A stretch of 64,000 nucleotides of DNA from Squalus acanthias (lineage: Eukaryota): assembly GCA_030390025.1 (NCBI GenBank), contig CM059438.1, positions 61,816,001 to 61,880,000 on the forward strand, written 5' to 3'. How positions within the stretch are numbered: position 1 is the stretch's first letter; each line of letters begins with the position of its first letter. Shown in pieces: positions 1 to 13,917 of this stretch. The position numbers and the translations under genes are program-made. Below the pieces are notes generated by a model. The model searched no databases. It had not been told where the DNA came from and saw nothing but the letters and a program-made list of their open reading frames with translations.

Positions 1-3000
1 GATTGGTGTCAATGGGGAGATATCTGTGCACTGATTGGTGTCAATGAGGAGATAACTGTGCACTGATTGGTGTCAATGGGGAAATATCTGTACACTGAAT
101 GGTATCAATGAGGAAATATCTGTGCACTGATTGGTTTCAATGAGGAGATGTCAGTGCACTGATTGGTGTCAATGAGGAGATATCTGTGCACTGATTGGCA
201 TCAATGAGGAGATGTCAGTGCAATGATTGGCGTCAATAAGGAGATATCTGTGCACTGATTGGTGTCAATGAGGAGATATCAGTGCACTGATTGGTGTCAA
301 TGAGGCGATTTCTGTGCACTGATTGGTGTCAATGAGGAGATATCTGTACACTGATTGGTGTCAATGAGGAGACTGTACACTGATTGGTGTCAATGGGGAA
401 ATATCTGTACACTGATTGGTGTCAATGGGAAGATATCTGTGCACTGATTGGTGTCAATGAGGAGATATCTGTACACTGATTTATGTCAATGAGGAGATAT
501 CAGTGCACTGATTGGTGTCATGAGGAGATATCTGTGCACTGATTGCATCAATAAGGAGATATCTGTGCACTGATTGGTGTCAATGGGGAGATATCTGTAC
601 ACTGATTGGTGTCAACGGGGAGATATCTGTACACTGATTGGTGTCAATGGGGAGATATCTGTGCACTGATTGGCGTCAATGGGGAGATATCTGTGCACTG
701 ATTGGTGTCAATGAGGAGATATCAGTGCACTGATTGGTGTCAATGAGGAGATATCTGTACACTGATTGGTGTCAATGAGGAGATATCTGTGCACTGATTG
801 GTGTCAATGGGGAGATATCTGTGCACTGATTGGCGTCAATGAGGAGATATCTGTGCACTGATTGGTGTCAATGGGGAGATATCTGTACACTGATTGGTGT
901 CAATGGGGAGATATCTGTGCACTGATTGGTGTCAATGAGGAGATATCTGTACACTGATTGGCATCAATGAGGAGATATCGGTGCACTGATTGGCATCAAT
1001 GAGGAGATGTCAGTGCACTGATTGGTGTCAATGAGGAGGTATCTGTGCACTGATTGGTATCAATGAGGAGATGTCAGTGCACTGATTGGCATCAATGAGG
1101 AGATATCTGTGCACTGATTGGTGTCAATGAGGAGATATCTGTGCACTGATTGGTGTCAATGAGGCGATATCTGTGCACTGATTGGTGTCAATGGGGAAAT
1201 ATCTGTACACTGAATGGTGTCAATGGGGAGATATCTGTGCACTGATTGGTGTCAATGAGGAGATATCTGTACACTGATTGGCATCAATGAGGAAATATCT
1301 GTGCACTGATTGGTTTCAATGAGGAGATGTCAGTGCACTGATTGGTGTCAATGAGGAGATATCTGTGCACTGATTGGTATCAATGAGGAGATGTCAGTGC
1401 ACTGATTGGCGTCAATAAGGAGATATCTGTGCACTGATTGGTGTCAATGAGGAGATATCAGTGCACTGATTGGTGTCAATGAGGCGATTTCTGTGCACTG
1501 ATTGGTGTCAATGAGGAGATATCTGTAAACTGATTGGTGTCAATGAGGAGACTGTACACTGATTGGTGTCAATGGGGAAATATCTGTACACTGATTGGTG
1601 TGAATGGGAAGATATCTGTGCACTGATTGGTGTCAATGAGGAGATATCTGTACACTGATTTATGTCAATGAGGAGATATCAGTGCACTGATTGGTGTCAT
1701 GAGGAGATATCTGTGCACTGATTGGCGTCAATGGGGAGATATCTGTGCACTGATTGGTGTCAATGAGGAGTTATCAGTGCACTGATTGGTGTCAATGAGG
1801 AGATATCTGTACACTGATTGGTGTCAATGAGGAGATATCTGTGCACTGATTGGTGTCAATGGGGAGATATCTGTGCACTGATTGGTGTCAATGAGGAGAT
1901 ATCTGTACACTGATTGGTGTCAATGGGGAGATATCTATACACTGATTGGTGTCAATGGGGAGATATCTGTGCACTGATTGGTGTCAATGAGGAGATAACT
2001 GTGCACTGATTGGTGTCAATGGGGAAATATCTGTACACTGAATGGTGTCAATGGGGAGATATCTGTGCACTGATTGGTGTCAATGAGGAGATATCTGTAC
2101 ACTGATTGGCATCAATGAGGAAATATCTGTGCACTGATTGGTTTCAATAAGGAGATGTCAGTGCACTGATTGGTGTCAATGAGGAGATATCTGTGCACTG
2201 ATTGGTATCAATGAGGAGATGTCAGTGCACTGATTGGCGTCAATAAGGAGATATCTGTGCACTGATTGGTGTCAATGAGGAGATATCAGTGCACTGATTG
2301 GTGTCAATGAGGCGATTTCTGTGCACTGATTGGTGTCAATGAGGAGATATCTATACACTGATTGGTGTCAATGAGGAGACTGTACACTGATTGGTGTCAA
2401 TGGGGAAATATCTGTACACTGATTGGTGTCAATGGGAAGATATCTGTGCACTGATTGGTGTCAATGAGGAGATATCTGTACACTGATTTATGTCAATGAG
2501 GAGATATCAGTGCACTGATTGGTGTCATGAGGAGATATCTGTGCACTGATTGCATCAATAAGGAGATATCTGTGCACTGATTGGTGTCAATGGGGAGATA
2601 TCTGTACACTGATTGGTGTCAACGGGGAGATATCTGTACACTGATTGGTGTCAATGGGGAGATATCTGTGCACTGATTTGCGTCAATGGGGAGATATCTG
2701 TGCACTGATTGGTGTCAATGAGGAGATATCAGTGCACTGATTGGTGTCATGAGGAGATATCTGTGCACTGATTGGCGTCAATGGGGAGATATCTGTGCAC
2801 TGATTGGTGTCAATGAGGAGATATCAGTGCACTGATTGGTGTCAATGAGGAGATATCTGTACACTGATTGGTGTCAATGAGGAGATATCTGTGCACTGAT
2901 TGGTGTCAATGAGGAGATATCTGTGCACTGATTGGTGTCAATGGGGAGATATCTATACACTGATTGGTGTCAATGGGGAGATATCTGTGCACTGATTGGT

Positions 3001-6000
3001 GTCAATGAGGAGATAACTGTGCACTGATTGGTGTCAATGGGGAAATATCTGTACACTGAATGGTGTCAATGGGGAGATATCTGTGCACTGATTGGTGTCA
3101 ATGAGGAGATATCTGTACACTGATTGGCATCAATGAGGAAATATCTGTGCACTGATTGGTTTCAATGAGGAGATGTCAGTGCACTGATTGGTGTCAATGA
3201 GGAGATATCTGTGCACTGATTGGTATCAATGAGGAGATGTCAGTGCACTGATTGGCGTCAATAAGGAGATATCTGTGCACTGATTGGTGTCAATGAGGAG
3301 ATATCAGTGCACTGATTGGTGTCAATGAGGCGATTTCTGTGCACTGATTGGTGTCAATGAGGAGACTGTACACTGATTGGTGTCAATGGGGAAATATCTG
3401 TACACTGATTGGTGTGAATGGGAAGATATCTGTGCACTGATTGGTGTCAATGAGGAGATATCTGTACACTGATTTATGTCAATGAGGAGATATCAGTGCA
3501 CTGATTGGTGTCATGAGGAGATATCTGTGCACTGATTGCGTCAATAAGGAGATATCTGTGCACTGATTGGTGTCAATGGGGAGATATCTGTACACTGATT
3601 GGTGTCAACGGGGAGATATCTGTACACTGATTGGTGTCAATGGGGAGATATCTGTGCACTGATTGGCGTCAATGGGGAGATATCTGTGCACTGATTGGTG
3701 TCAATGAGGAGATATCAGTGCACTGATTGGTGTCAATGAGGAGATATCTGTACACTGATTGGTGTCAATGAGGAGATATCTGTGCACTGATTGGTGTCAA
3801 TGGGGAGATATCTGTGCACTGATTGGCGTCAATGGGGAGATATCTGTGCACTGATTGGTGTCAATGAGGAGATATCAGTGCACTGATTGGTGTCAATGAG
3901 GAGATATCTGTACACTGATTGGTGTTAATGAGGAGATATCTGTGCACTGATTGGTGTCAATGGGGAGATATCTGTGCACTGATTGGTGTCAATGAGGAGA
4001 TATCTGTGCACTGATTGGTGTCAATGGGGAGATATCTGTACACTGATTGGTGTCAATGGGGAGATATCTGTGCACTGATTGGTGTCAATGAGGAGATATC
4101 TGTACACTGATTGGCATCAATGAGGAGATATCTGTGCACTGATTGGCATCAATGAGGAGATGTCAGTGCACTGATTGGTGTCAATGAGGAGATATCTGTG
4201 CACTGATTGGTATCAATGAGGAGATGTCAGTGCACTGATTGGCATCAATGAGGAGATATCTGTGCACTGATTGGTGTCAATGAGGAGATATCTGTGCACT
4301 GATTGGTGTCAATGAGGCGATATCTGTGCACTGATTGGTGTCAATGAGGAGATATCTGTACACTGATTGGTGTCAATGAGGAGATATCTGTACACTGATT
4401 GGTGTCAATGGGGAAATATCTGTGCACTGATTGGTGTCAATGGGAAGATATCTGTGCACTGATTGGTGTCAATGAGGAGATATCAGTGCACTGATTGGTG
4501 TCATGAGGAGATATCTGTGCACTGATTGGCGTCAATGAGGAGATATCTGTGCACTGATTGGTGTCAATGGGGAGATATCTGTACACTGATTGGTGTCAAT
4601 GGGGAGATATCTGTACACTGATTGGTGTCAATGGGGAGATATCTGTGCACTGATTGGCGTCAATGGGGAGATATCTGTGCACTAATTGGTGTCAATGAGG
4701 AGATATCAGTGCACTGATTGGTGTCAATGAGGAGATATCTGTACACTGATTGGTGTCAATGAGGAGATATCTGTGCACTGATTGGTGTCAATGGGGAGAT
4801 ATCTGTGCACTGATTGGTGTCAATGAGGAGATATCTGTGCACTGATTGGTGTCAATGGGGAAATATCTATACACTGATTGGTGTCAATGGGGAGATATCT
4901 GTGCACTGATTGGTGTCAATGAGGAGATATCTGTGCACTGATTGGTGTCAATGGGGCGATATCTGTACACTGATTGGTGTCAATGGGGAGATATCTGTGC
5001 ACTGATTGGTGTCAATGAGGAGATATCTGTACACTGATTGGCATCAATGAGGAGATATCTGTGCACTGATTGGTGTCAATGAGGAGATGTCAGTGCACTG
5101 ATTGGTGTGAATGAGCAGATATCTGTGCACTGATTGGTGTCAATGAGGAGATATCTGTGCACTGATTGGTGTCAATGAGGAGATATCTGTACACTGATTG
5201 GTGTCAATAGGGAGATATCTGTACACTGATTGGTGTCAACGGGGAGATATCTGTACACTGATTGGTGTCAATGGGGAGATATCTGTGCACTGATTGGCGT
5301 CAATGGGGAGATATCTGTGCACTGATTGGTGTCAATGAGGAGATATCAGTGCACTGATTGGTGTCAATGAGGAGATATCTGTACACTGATTGGTGTCAAT
5401 GAGGAGATATCTGTGCACTGATTGGTGTCAATGGGGAGATATCTGTGCACTGATTGGCGTCAATGGGGAGATATCTGTGCACTGATTGGTGTCAATGAGG
5501 AGATATCAGTGCACTGATTGGTGTCAATGAGGAGATATCTGTACACTGATTGGTGTTAATGAGGAGATATCTGTGCACTGATTGGTGTCAATGGGGAGAT
5601 ATCTGTGCACTGATTGGTGTCAATGGGGAGATATCTGTACACTGATTGGTGTCAATGGGGAGATATCTGTGCACTGATTGGTGTCAATGAGGAGATATCT
5701 GTACACTGATTGGCATCAATGAGGAGATATCTGTGCACTGATTGGCATCAATGAGGAGATGTCAGTGCACTGATTGGTGTCAATGAGGAGATATCTGTGC
5801 ACTGATTGGTATCAATGAGGAGATGTCAGTGCACTGATTGGCATCAATGAGGAGATATCTGTGCACTGATTGGTGTCAATGAGGAGATATCTGTGCACTG
5901 ATTGGTGTCAATGAGGCGATATCTGTGCACTGATTGGTGTCAATGAGGAGATATCTGTACACTGATTGGTGTCAATGAGGAGATATCTGTACACTGATTG

Positions 6001-7170
6001 GTGTCAATGGGGAAATATCTGTGCACTGATTGGTGTCAATGGGAAGATATCTGTGCACTGATTGGTGTCAATGAGGAGATATCAGTGCACTGATTGGTGT
6101 CATGAGGAGATATCTGTGCACTGATTGGCGTCAATGAGGAGATATCTGTGCACTGATTGGTGTCAATGGGGAGATATCTGTACACTGATTGGTGTCAATG
6201 GGGAGATATCTGTACACTGATTGGTGTCAATGGGGAGCTATCTGTGCACTGATTGGCGTCAATGGGGAGATATCTGTGCACTAATTGGTGTCAATGAGGA
6301 GATATCAGTGCACTGATTGGTGTCAATGAGGAGATATCTGTACACTGATTGGTGTCAATGAGGAGATATCTGTGCACTGATTGGTGTCAATGGGGAGATA
6401 TCTGTGCACTGATTGGTGTCAATGAGGAGATATCTGTGCACTGATTGGTGTCAATGGGGAAATATCTATACACTGATTGGTGTCAATGGGGAGATATCTG
6501 TGCACTGATTGGTGTCAATGAGGAGATATCTGTGCACTGATTGGTGTCAATGGGGCGATATCTGTACACTGATTGGTGTCAATGGGGAGATATCTGTGCA
6601 CTGATTGGTGTCAATGAGGAGATATCTGTACACTGATTGGCATCAATGAGGAGATATCTGTGCACTGATTGGTGTCAATGAGGAGATGTCAGTGCACTGA
6701 TTGGTGTGAATGAGCAGATATCTGTGCACTGATTGGTGTCAATGAGGAGATATCTGTGCACTGATTGGTGTCAATGAGGAGATATCTGTACACTGATTGG
6801 TGTCAATAGGGAGATGTCTGTACACTGATTGGTGTCAATGGGGAAATATCTGTACACTGATTGGTGTCAATGGGGAAATATCTGTACACTGATTGGTGTC
6901 AATGGGGAGATATCTGTACACTGATTGGTGTCAATGGGGAGATATCTGTACACTGATTGGTGTCAATGGGGAAATAGCTGTACACTGATTGGTGTCAATG
7001 AGGAGATAACTGTGCACTGATTGGTGTCAATGGGGAGATATCTGTGCACTGATTGACATCAATGAGGAGATATCTGTGCACTGATTGGTGTCAATGAGGA
7101 GATATCAGTGCACTGATTGGTGTCAATGAGGAGATATTTGTATACTGAGTGAGGTCAATGGGGAGATATA
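1..7170. repeat. Tandem satellite, 32-bp unit GATTGGTGTCAATGRGGAGATATCTGTRCACT (~220 copies, runs off the left edge)
   Basis: Unit directly visible, with period 32 from position 1. Variant markers recur at ~1.6-kb spacing (ctaattgg 4682/6281, gagcagat 5113/6712). Confidence 0.98.
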
Positions 7171-8063
7171 GGGGTAAAAATTCAGTTGGTTGCGCCTCCC
7201 GTTAGCGCCTTAAGAGGGCGCTAATGGGGCGCAAAGCCGCTAACGCCCGGGCGCAGCGATGTTTGCGCCGCTCGGGAACTTAACTTGACATTGTGCGGCG
7301 GCGCTAAAACTTACCGCTGCGACCACCTGCGCGCGCAGATTGTGACGTCATTCCATGGTGCAACGCCCTTGTGGCGCCCCGGAGCGGAAATTGAGTGGCG
7401 CCCCCTGCCTTACCGCCTGACGCTAGCAACGACCAGAAGACTGGAACGCTATCAATCGCTGTGGGGCTGGGGGGGGCGCTATTTAAAGGGGGCCTCTTCC
7501 TGTCTTTTATTGTTGGTGGCATTTTTGAACTACGCATTCTGAGAGAGAGAGGGAGAGACTTCTGGAGAGATTCAACGTTGTGTGAAGGAGTTTTGGGTAC
7601 TGAGCAGCACTTTGCAGGTTCATTTTGATTTGCCATTCCTTGTATCGATTTAGCAGAGACTGTGGGAGCTGCACTCTGAGCTCTTTGTCTGGTACTCTCC
7701 ATTGTTCTTTCCAGCACATTTGATGTGCAAGTCTCTCCAGGCCGAGATTCAAGGCTGCAATGAACAGGATGTGGATGGAAAGCAAGATTAACCATCCCCT
7801 TTAAGAACTGGCCCATGCCATTGTGTGTGTGTTCCATTGCTGACTGACATTACATGAGCTTCGCCAGCGCTCTGAGTTAGCGCCTCACTGCTCGGCCTTT
7901 GCGCCTTAAGACAGGTGTGCAGCGCCTGCTTTAGCGCTCCACTCACCTCCCGGGGTGGTAAAAGTGAAGTTTCCAGTCAGTGCCGATAATTAGCGCCAGG
8001 CGCTAATATTTGCGTCCAGACGATATTTGCGCCCCAAATGGGGCGCGACCTAATTTCTACCCC
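7171..8063. mobile_element. Non-autonomous PIF/Harbinger element (MITE-like), internally deleted relative of the 13434 element
   Basis: TIRs GGGGTAAAAATT / AATTTCTACCCC and 3-bp TSD ATA (7168-7170, 8064-8066). The first ~450 bp resemble 13434-13860 (GCGCCTCCYGTTAGCGCC, ATTTAAAGG, TGAAGGAGTTTTG). Confidence 0.8.
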
Positions 8064-11000
8064 ATAGAGTCATAACGGCACAGGAGGAGGCCATTCGTCC
8101 CATCAATTCCATGCCGGCTCTCTGTAGAGCAATTCTGTCAGTCCCATTCCCCCGCTCTATCCCCGTAGCCCTGCAAGTTTATTTCCCTCAAGCGCCTATC
8201 CAGTCTCCCCTTGAAAACATTGAGTGTCTCCGCTTCCACCACTTCCGTCGGCAGCGAGTTCCAGGTCCTCACCACTCGCTGCATAAAAAAGTTTTTCCTC
8301 ACATCCTCCCTGTATCTCTTGCCCAAAACCTTAAATCTGTGTCCCCTAGTTCTTGTACCATCAATTAGTGGGAACAGCCTTTCCCCATCATAATCTTGTA
8401 CACCTCTATCAAATCACCCCGCAACCTCCTTTGCTCTAATGAAAACAAATCCAGCTTCTCCAACCTGTCCTTGTAGCTAAGATCCCCCATCCCGGAACCA
8501 TTCTGGTAAATCTCCTCTGCACACTCTCAAGGGCCTTCACATCCTTCCTAAAGTGTGGTGACCAGAACTGGATGCAATACCCCAGTGCTTTATAAAGTAC
8601 TTTTGTACTCAATACCTCTATTTATGAAACCCAAGATCCCATTTGCTTTGCTAACCACTCTCTCAATATGTCCTACCACCTTCAGGAACCTATGCACATT
8701 AACTCCCAGGTCCCTCTGTCCCTGCACACTCTTTAAAACTGTGCCATTAATTGTATATTGCCTCTCCCTGTTCCTTCTGCCAAAAAGCATCGCCTCACAC
8801 TTCTCTGTATTAAATTCCATCTGCCACTTGTCTGCCCATTCTGCTAGCCTTTCTATGTCCTGTTGCAGTCGATTGGTATCATCATCACTGCTTGCCACAC
8901 CCCAAGTTTGGTGTCATCGGCAAATTTAGAAATTCTACTCTGTATTCCAATATCCAGGTCATTTATATACATCAAAAAAAGCAGTGGCCCCAGCACTGAC
9001 CCTTGGGGAACACCATTGTCTACCATCCTCCAGTCTGAAAAACAGCCATTTTCCACAACTCGCTGTTTTCTGTCCTTAAGCCAATTCCTTATCCAAGCTG
9101 CCACTGACCCATCTATTCTGTTGTGGAGTATTTTAAACCAACACTCGACACAAGGTTTTCAGATCAATAATCAAGTCGTCTTTATTACACCAGTGGGGAG
9201 ACAGCCCACTCTGTCTTAGCCAGACCTCTCCAAATTGTTACAGCAAACACTACATTTTTATACATTACAATACATATGTCCAGCTCATGCAAAATTCATT
9301 CCTGCCACCTGATTGGACCTTGGCCTGCATGCATCTTCACTGATTGGTTGTCTATGCCGCGTTACATTAAAGTACCGCCTTTATTATCGGAAAAGTATAT
9401 GTCCATTATCCCACAAGCTGTTGTTGCACCCAAGTCCTTTTTTTATGCCAGATGGGGTCTTACCAACATTGTACTTCTGACTCATTGTCCTGCTTTCCTG
9501 CCTCTCTCGGCCTCTTTACTTCCAACTCATTGTTTTACTTTCCTGCCAGAACAGAACTTACATCCTCTCGGCCTCTTATGGTTCAACATCCGGCTATTTG
9601 CAATTGTCTCTAAGTGACACAGCTTGCAGTCGTTAATCATTCTAACACTACTGCTTAGGTTATCTCAACTGCCAGTTCAGCAATTTAGAGAAAGCTTACT
9701 ACTGCAAAGGCCTATTAGATTATTGTCTTTATTACACCATTCAGTGAAACTGCCAGCGATGTCAGTTTAACTCTTTCCCCACTGCAATTCCATGAGCCTC
9801 AATTTTGTTAACCAGCTTTCTATGTGGTACTTTGTCAAACGCCTTCCTAAAATCCATGTAGATAACATCCATTGCATTCCCTTCATCAATCCTCCCTGTT
9901 ACTTCATCGAAAAATTAAATCAGATTAGTTAAACACAATCTGCCTTTTACAAATCCGTGTTGGCTCTCCTTAATTAGCTTAAACCTCTCCAAGTGCCCGT
10001 AAATTTTTTCCTTGATTATTGTTTCTAAAACTTTACCCACCACTTATGTTAAACTGACCGGCCTGTAGTTGCTAGGATTGTCCTTACACCTTTTCTTGAA
10101 CAATGGTGTCACATTTGCCACTTTCCAATCCTCAGGCACGTCCCCCGCATCTAGGGAAGATTGGAAAATTATGGCAAGCCCTTCCGCTATCTCCTCCCCC
10201 AATTCCCTTAACAACCTGGGATGCAAGCCATCTGGACCAGGCAACTTATCCACTCTAAGCATACCCAGCCTTTCTAGTACATCCTGTCTATCAATTTTCA
10301 CCCCATCCATTGCTTCTACCTTTTCCACTTCTACTGATATTTTGTCAGCATCCACCTCCTTAGTAAACACCGATACAAAGTACTCATTAAGTATTCTAGC
10401 CTTGCCCTGTGCCTCTAAGCATATATCACCTTCTTTGTCCCTAATAGGCCCCACCCCGCCTCTTACTACCCGCTTACTGTTTGCATGCTGGTAGAAGATT
10501 TTTGGGTTTCCTTTTATGTTAACCGCCATTCTACTCTCATATTCTCTCTTTGCCAATCTTATTTTCATCTTCACTTCCCCTCTCAACTTATTGTATTTTT
10601 TCAGGTTCTCCCTTGAAGAATTCACCTGACATTCATCATACATCCTCTTTTTTTGTTTCATCATCTTCTCTATCTCCCTCGTCATCCAAGGAGCCTTTGC
10701 TTTGGTTCCCTTACCCTTCCCTCTTGTTGGAATGTACCTAGCCTGTACTTGGAACATCTCCTCCTTAAAGATCACCCATTGTTCCGTTACAGTTTTTCCT
10801 GTCAGTCTTTGGTTCCATTTTACCCTGGCTAGATCCTTTTGCATCCCATTGAAGTTAACCCTATTCCAGTTTAGAAGTTCCACTCTAGATTGTCCCTTGC
10901 TCCTCTCCATTGCTAATCTAAATCTTATGATTCGATGATCACTCGTACCCAAGTGTTCTCCCACAGACACTTGATCGACCTGGCCCATCTCATTCCCCAG

Positions 11001-11258
11001 AGCCAGATCCAGCAATGCCTCCTTCCTAGTTGGGCCAAGAACATACTGGTCAAGGAAATTCACCTGAACACATTTCAGAAATTCCTCCCCCTCCTTTCCC
11101 TTTAGCCTAGCATTATCCCAATCGATATTTGGGTAATTAAAGTCCCCCAATATCACCACTCTATAGCTCTTGCATATCTCTGCGATTTCCCTGCAGATTT
11201 GCTCCTATACCTCCCTCTCACTATTTGGAGGCCTAGTGTGATCATACCCTTTTTGCTC
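8064..11258 (-). mobile_element. CR1 LINE, 5'-truncated and degenerate (end of APE domain plus RT), interrupted by a solo LTR
   Basis: ORFs carry [37 protein letters not shown] and RKNFFMQRVVRTWNSLP. CR1 3' tail lies at 8064-8110. Confidence 0.95.
9119..9786 (-). mobile_element. Solo LTR (668 bp) inserted in CR1
   Basis: TG...CA termini with perfect 4-bp TSD ATTC (9115-9118, 9787-9790). Minus-strand TATAAAAA near 9260 and AATAAA at ~9181-9186. CR1 sequence resumes after it. Confidence 0.85.
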
Positions 11259-11310
11259 CTGTACACCGACTGGAGTCAATGGGGAATGTTTCTTTCCACT
11301 GATTAGGTTC
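11259..11310. repeat. Degenerate terminal copies of the 32-bp satellite
   Basis: ctgtacaccgactggagtcaatgggg continues the unit broken at 7170 (ggggagatat|ctgtacac). Confidence 0.7.
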
Positions 11311-12207
11311 CTTGGGGAACTATTAATGATACATCCCACTCAAAGAATTTGAAAACAGATGACTGACATATATTCAGTATCGAATACAATTTTGTGCCCA
11401 TAATAAAAGTTGAAAATGCCTTTCGATGCTTAAAGTGTTAAAATATATTTTACTGCTGTTCTTGTTTAGTGCTCTCAGACTGTTGTTGTTCCACAGGGAG
11501 TGCTCTCGCACTGATGTGAGAGAACGCATGTGAGACACAGTGTAATCAGAGTCATTTCCAGGGCGGGTAAGTATTTGCTAGCACACTCTACCCAGTGTGT
11601 GAAAAATATCACGTTCGCCTCTGGCCATGTGTCAGAACAGCTCGGTGTCACCACTCTGACAAGTGGACCTTTCACCAGGGACGAGCCCTTGACCATTGGA
11701 AAAGGAACACCAGATCCATCCGTTGCGTGCAAGGAATGTCATTTCCGTTGGCATTTAGAGAGAGAGAGAGATTCTGTGACTCATTCATCTATCCTTTCAG
11801 TTGAATAGTCTAAAGCAGCCTTGGAGAAGGGTTGGAAATTGCAATGTAAAGTATTAAAAAAGCACGCAACGCAACGCACATCGATCTGGATTAGGTGACC
11901 AAGTGAGATCAGTGCAGATCCTGGTGAGGTCTTCACCTTGGTCGTGGACCGTGGGGTGAGGTGGGAGAAGCCGAATGGAAGCCAAATTCCCCTCCCCCCA
12001 CCCCAGCATGGGAGACGACTGCACGATTCACACTCCCCTTACCAGTTGGAGAAGAGGTGCAGTGGTGGATCCTGAGAGCAGGGCAGGTCGCTGCCTCTCA
12101 CCAGAGGAATAAGATGGAGGAAGCCCGAGGAGAAAGCAGATTGGCTGGGCAGGTTGGGGGAAGAACTGTGTTGTTCTAAGAGGAGAATCATATTTACTGT
12201 AGAGTAA

Positions 12208-12790
12208 GGGGGATATTTGGTGAAAGGGTGAAAACAGGCGCGAATTCAGTGCTGTGCTAATAAGACAGGCCTGTTTGAAAGTCTGGTTTTAGCACCCAAT
12301 TTTGGTCCTAATTGATCATTACCATAATTTGAACTTGCCTGGAGGCGCTAAAACCGACACCTGCAGGTTTAGCACTCAAGCGCTGATTAGATGCAATTTT
12401 CGAGCAGCAGTGTATGTGGGCTCCTCGCACCCACTTCCACTGTGGGTGTGGAGTGCTCTGGCTGACGCACAGCGGCACATTGCAGGATGGCTCAGGGCCC
12501 GAGGGAGAGGGCGCACAGGTTCTCGGACGCGGCACTGGAGGTCCTGGTGGAGGAGGTCCAGAGGAGGAGGGATGTCCTGTACCGCAGGGGGAAAGGAGGC
12601 CACCTCGCCCTCCTGTCCCTCTCTCCTGCAGCAGCTGGTGCTGCTCTGCCTGGCCTCATGTCCTCCTCCTATTCCTCCTGCAGACCAAGGGGGAACCCGA
12701 GCAAGATGCCCATGACCAAGCACTCCCTTTCTCCTGGTGACTCCTATAAGGTGTCCAATAAGGTGGAGTAGCCCAGCACTTACTCTCTTT
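12208..12790 (+). mobile_element. Harbinger end carrying the N-terminus of the Myb/SANT-like partner ORF
   Basis: ORF at 12487, MAQGPRERAHRFSDAALEVLVEEVQRRRDVLY, matches the RxxxFSxxxLxxLxxxV start of Harbinger Myb/SANT proteins. Boundaries approximate. Confidence 0.7.
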
Positions 12791-12819
12791 AGTTGAAGTC
12801 CTCAGAGAATTTCCTGAGT

Positions 12820-13433
12820 TAATCATAGAACCATAGAATATTACAGCACAGAAGGAGGCCATTCGGCCCATCGAGTCTGCAACGGCTCTTTTGAAGAGCA
12901 ATCCAGTTAGTCCCACTCTCCCACTCTTTCCCTATATCCCTGCAATTTTTTCTCTTCAATTATTTATCCAATTCCCTTTTGAAGGCTACTATTGAATCTG
13001 TTTCCACTGCCCTATCAGGCAGCTCGTTCCAAATCCTAACCACTCATTGAGTAAAAAGGTTTTCCTCATGTCGCCTCTGGTTCTTTTGCCAATCACCTTA
13101 AATCTGTGTCCTCTCTTTATCGACCCTTCAGCCATTGGAAACAGTCTCTCTTTATTTACTCTATCTACACCCTTCATGATTTCAAACACCTCTATCAAAT
13201 TTCCTCTTAGCCTTCTCTGCTCCAAGGAGAACAACGTCAACTTCTCCAGTTTATCCACGTAACTGTAATTCCTCATTCCCGGAACCATTCTAGTAAATCT
13301 CTTCTGTGCCCTCTCCAAACCCTTCACATCCTTCCTAAAGTGTGGTGCCCAGAATTGGACACAATACTCCAGCTGGGGCCGAACTAGTGTTTTATAAAGG
13401 TTTAGCATAACTTCCTGGCTTTTGTACTCCAAA
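12820..13433 (-). mobile_element. CR1 LINE 3' fragment
   Basis: LYKTLVRPQLEYCVQFWAPH...RRLRGNLIEVF, with CR1 tail at ~12820-12880. Confidence 0.93.
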
Positions 13434-13917
13434 GGGCTAGAAATTGGGTACCTTAGCGCCTCCTGTTAGCGCCTCCGGGGGCGCTAACGGGGCGCTAACG
13501 ACTTACCGCACCGGGCGCAACGATGTTAGCGCCGCCGGCGAAATTGACCTGGTGGTTTGCAGTGGCGTTAGCCACTGTCACCACGCCCGCCTGTGGCCGG
13601 AGATCGTGACGTCATCCGGCGGCGCATCACCCCGGACCGGAAAATTCATTCTCGCCCCCTGCCTCAGCGCCTGCCGCTAGGAACGACAGGCAGAGGGGGA
13701 CGGTTTGCAGTCGGCTGAGAGCTGCAGGGGCGATATTTAAAGGCGTGAACTTCCGGGTTTTTTTAGTCGGCAAACAATGCTGCCATGTCAGTTTGACAGA
13801 AGCAGACGGGCGTTTTTACCCATTTGAGCTTTTTCTACTTGAAGGAGTTTTGTTCCTGACAAAAATTTATCACTTTCATTTGTGTTACATTTGATACTGC
13901 AACATTTCCAACACTTA

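Noticed and set aside
1..7170. CRISPR-like array of 32-bp repeats
   Set aside because: Units are head to tail with no unique spacers, there are no cas genes, and the context is eukaryotic.
11470..11570. Possible plus-strand exon (acceptors at 11469/11496, donors near 11530 and 11567)
   Set aside because: With the strong GTAAGT donor all frames contain stops. The alternative phase-2 donor is weak and the peptide is unrecognised, so it is not supportable without RNA data.
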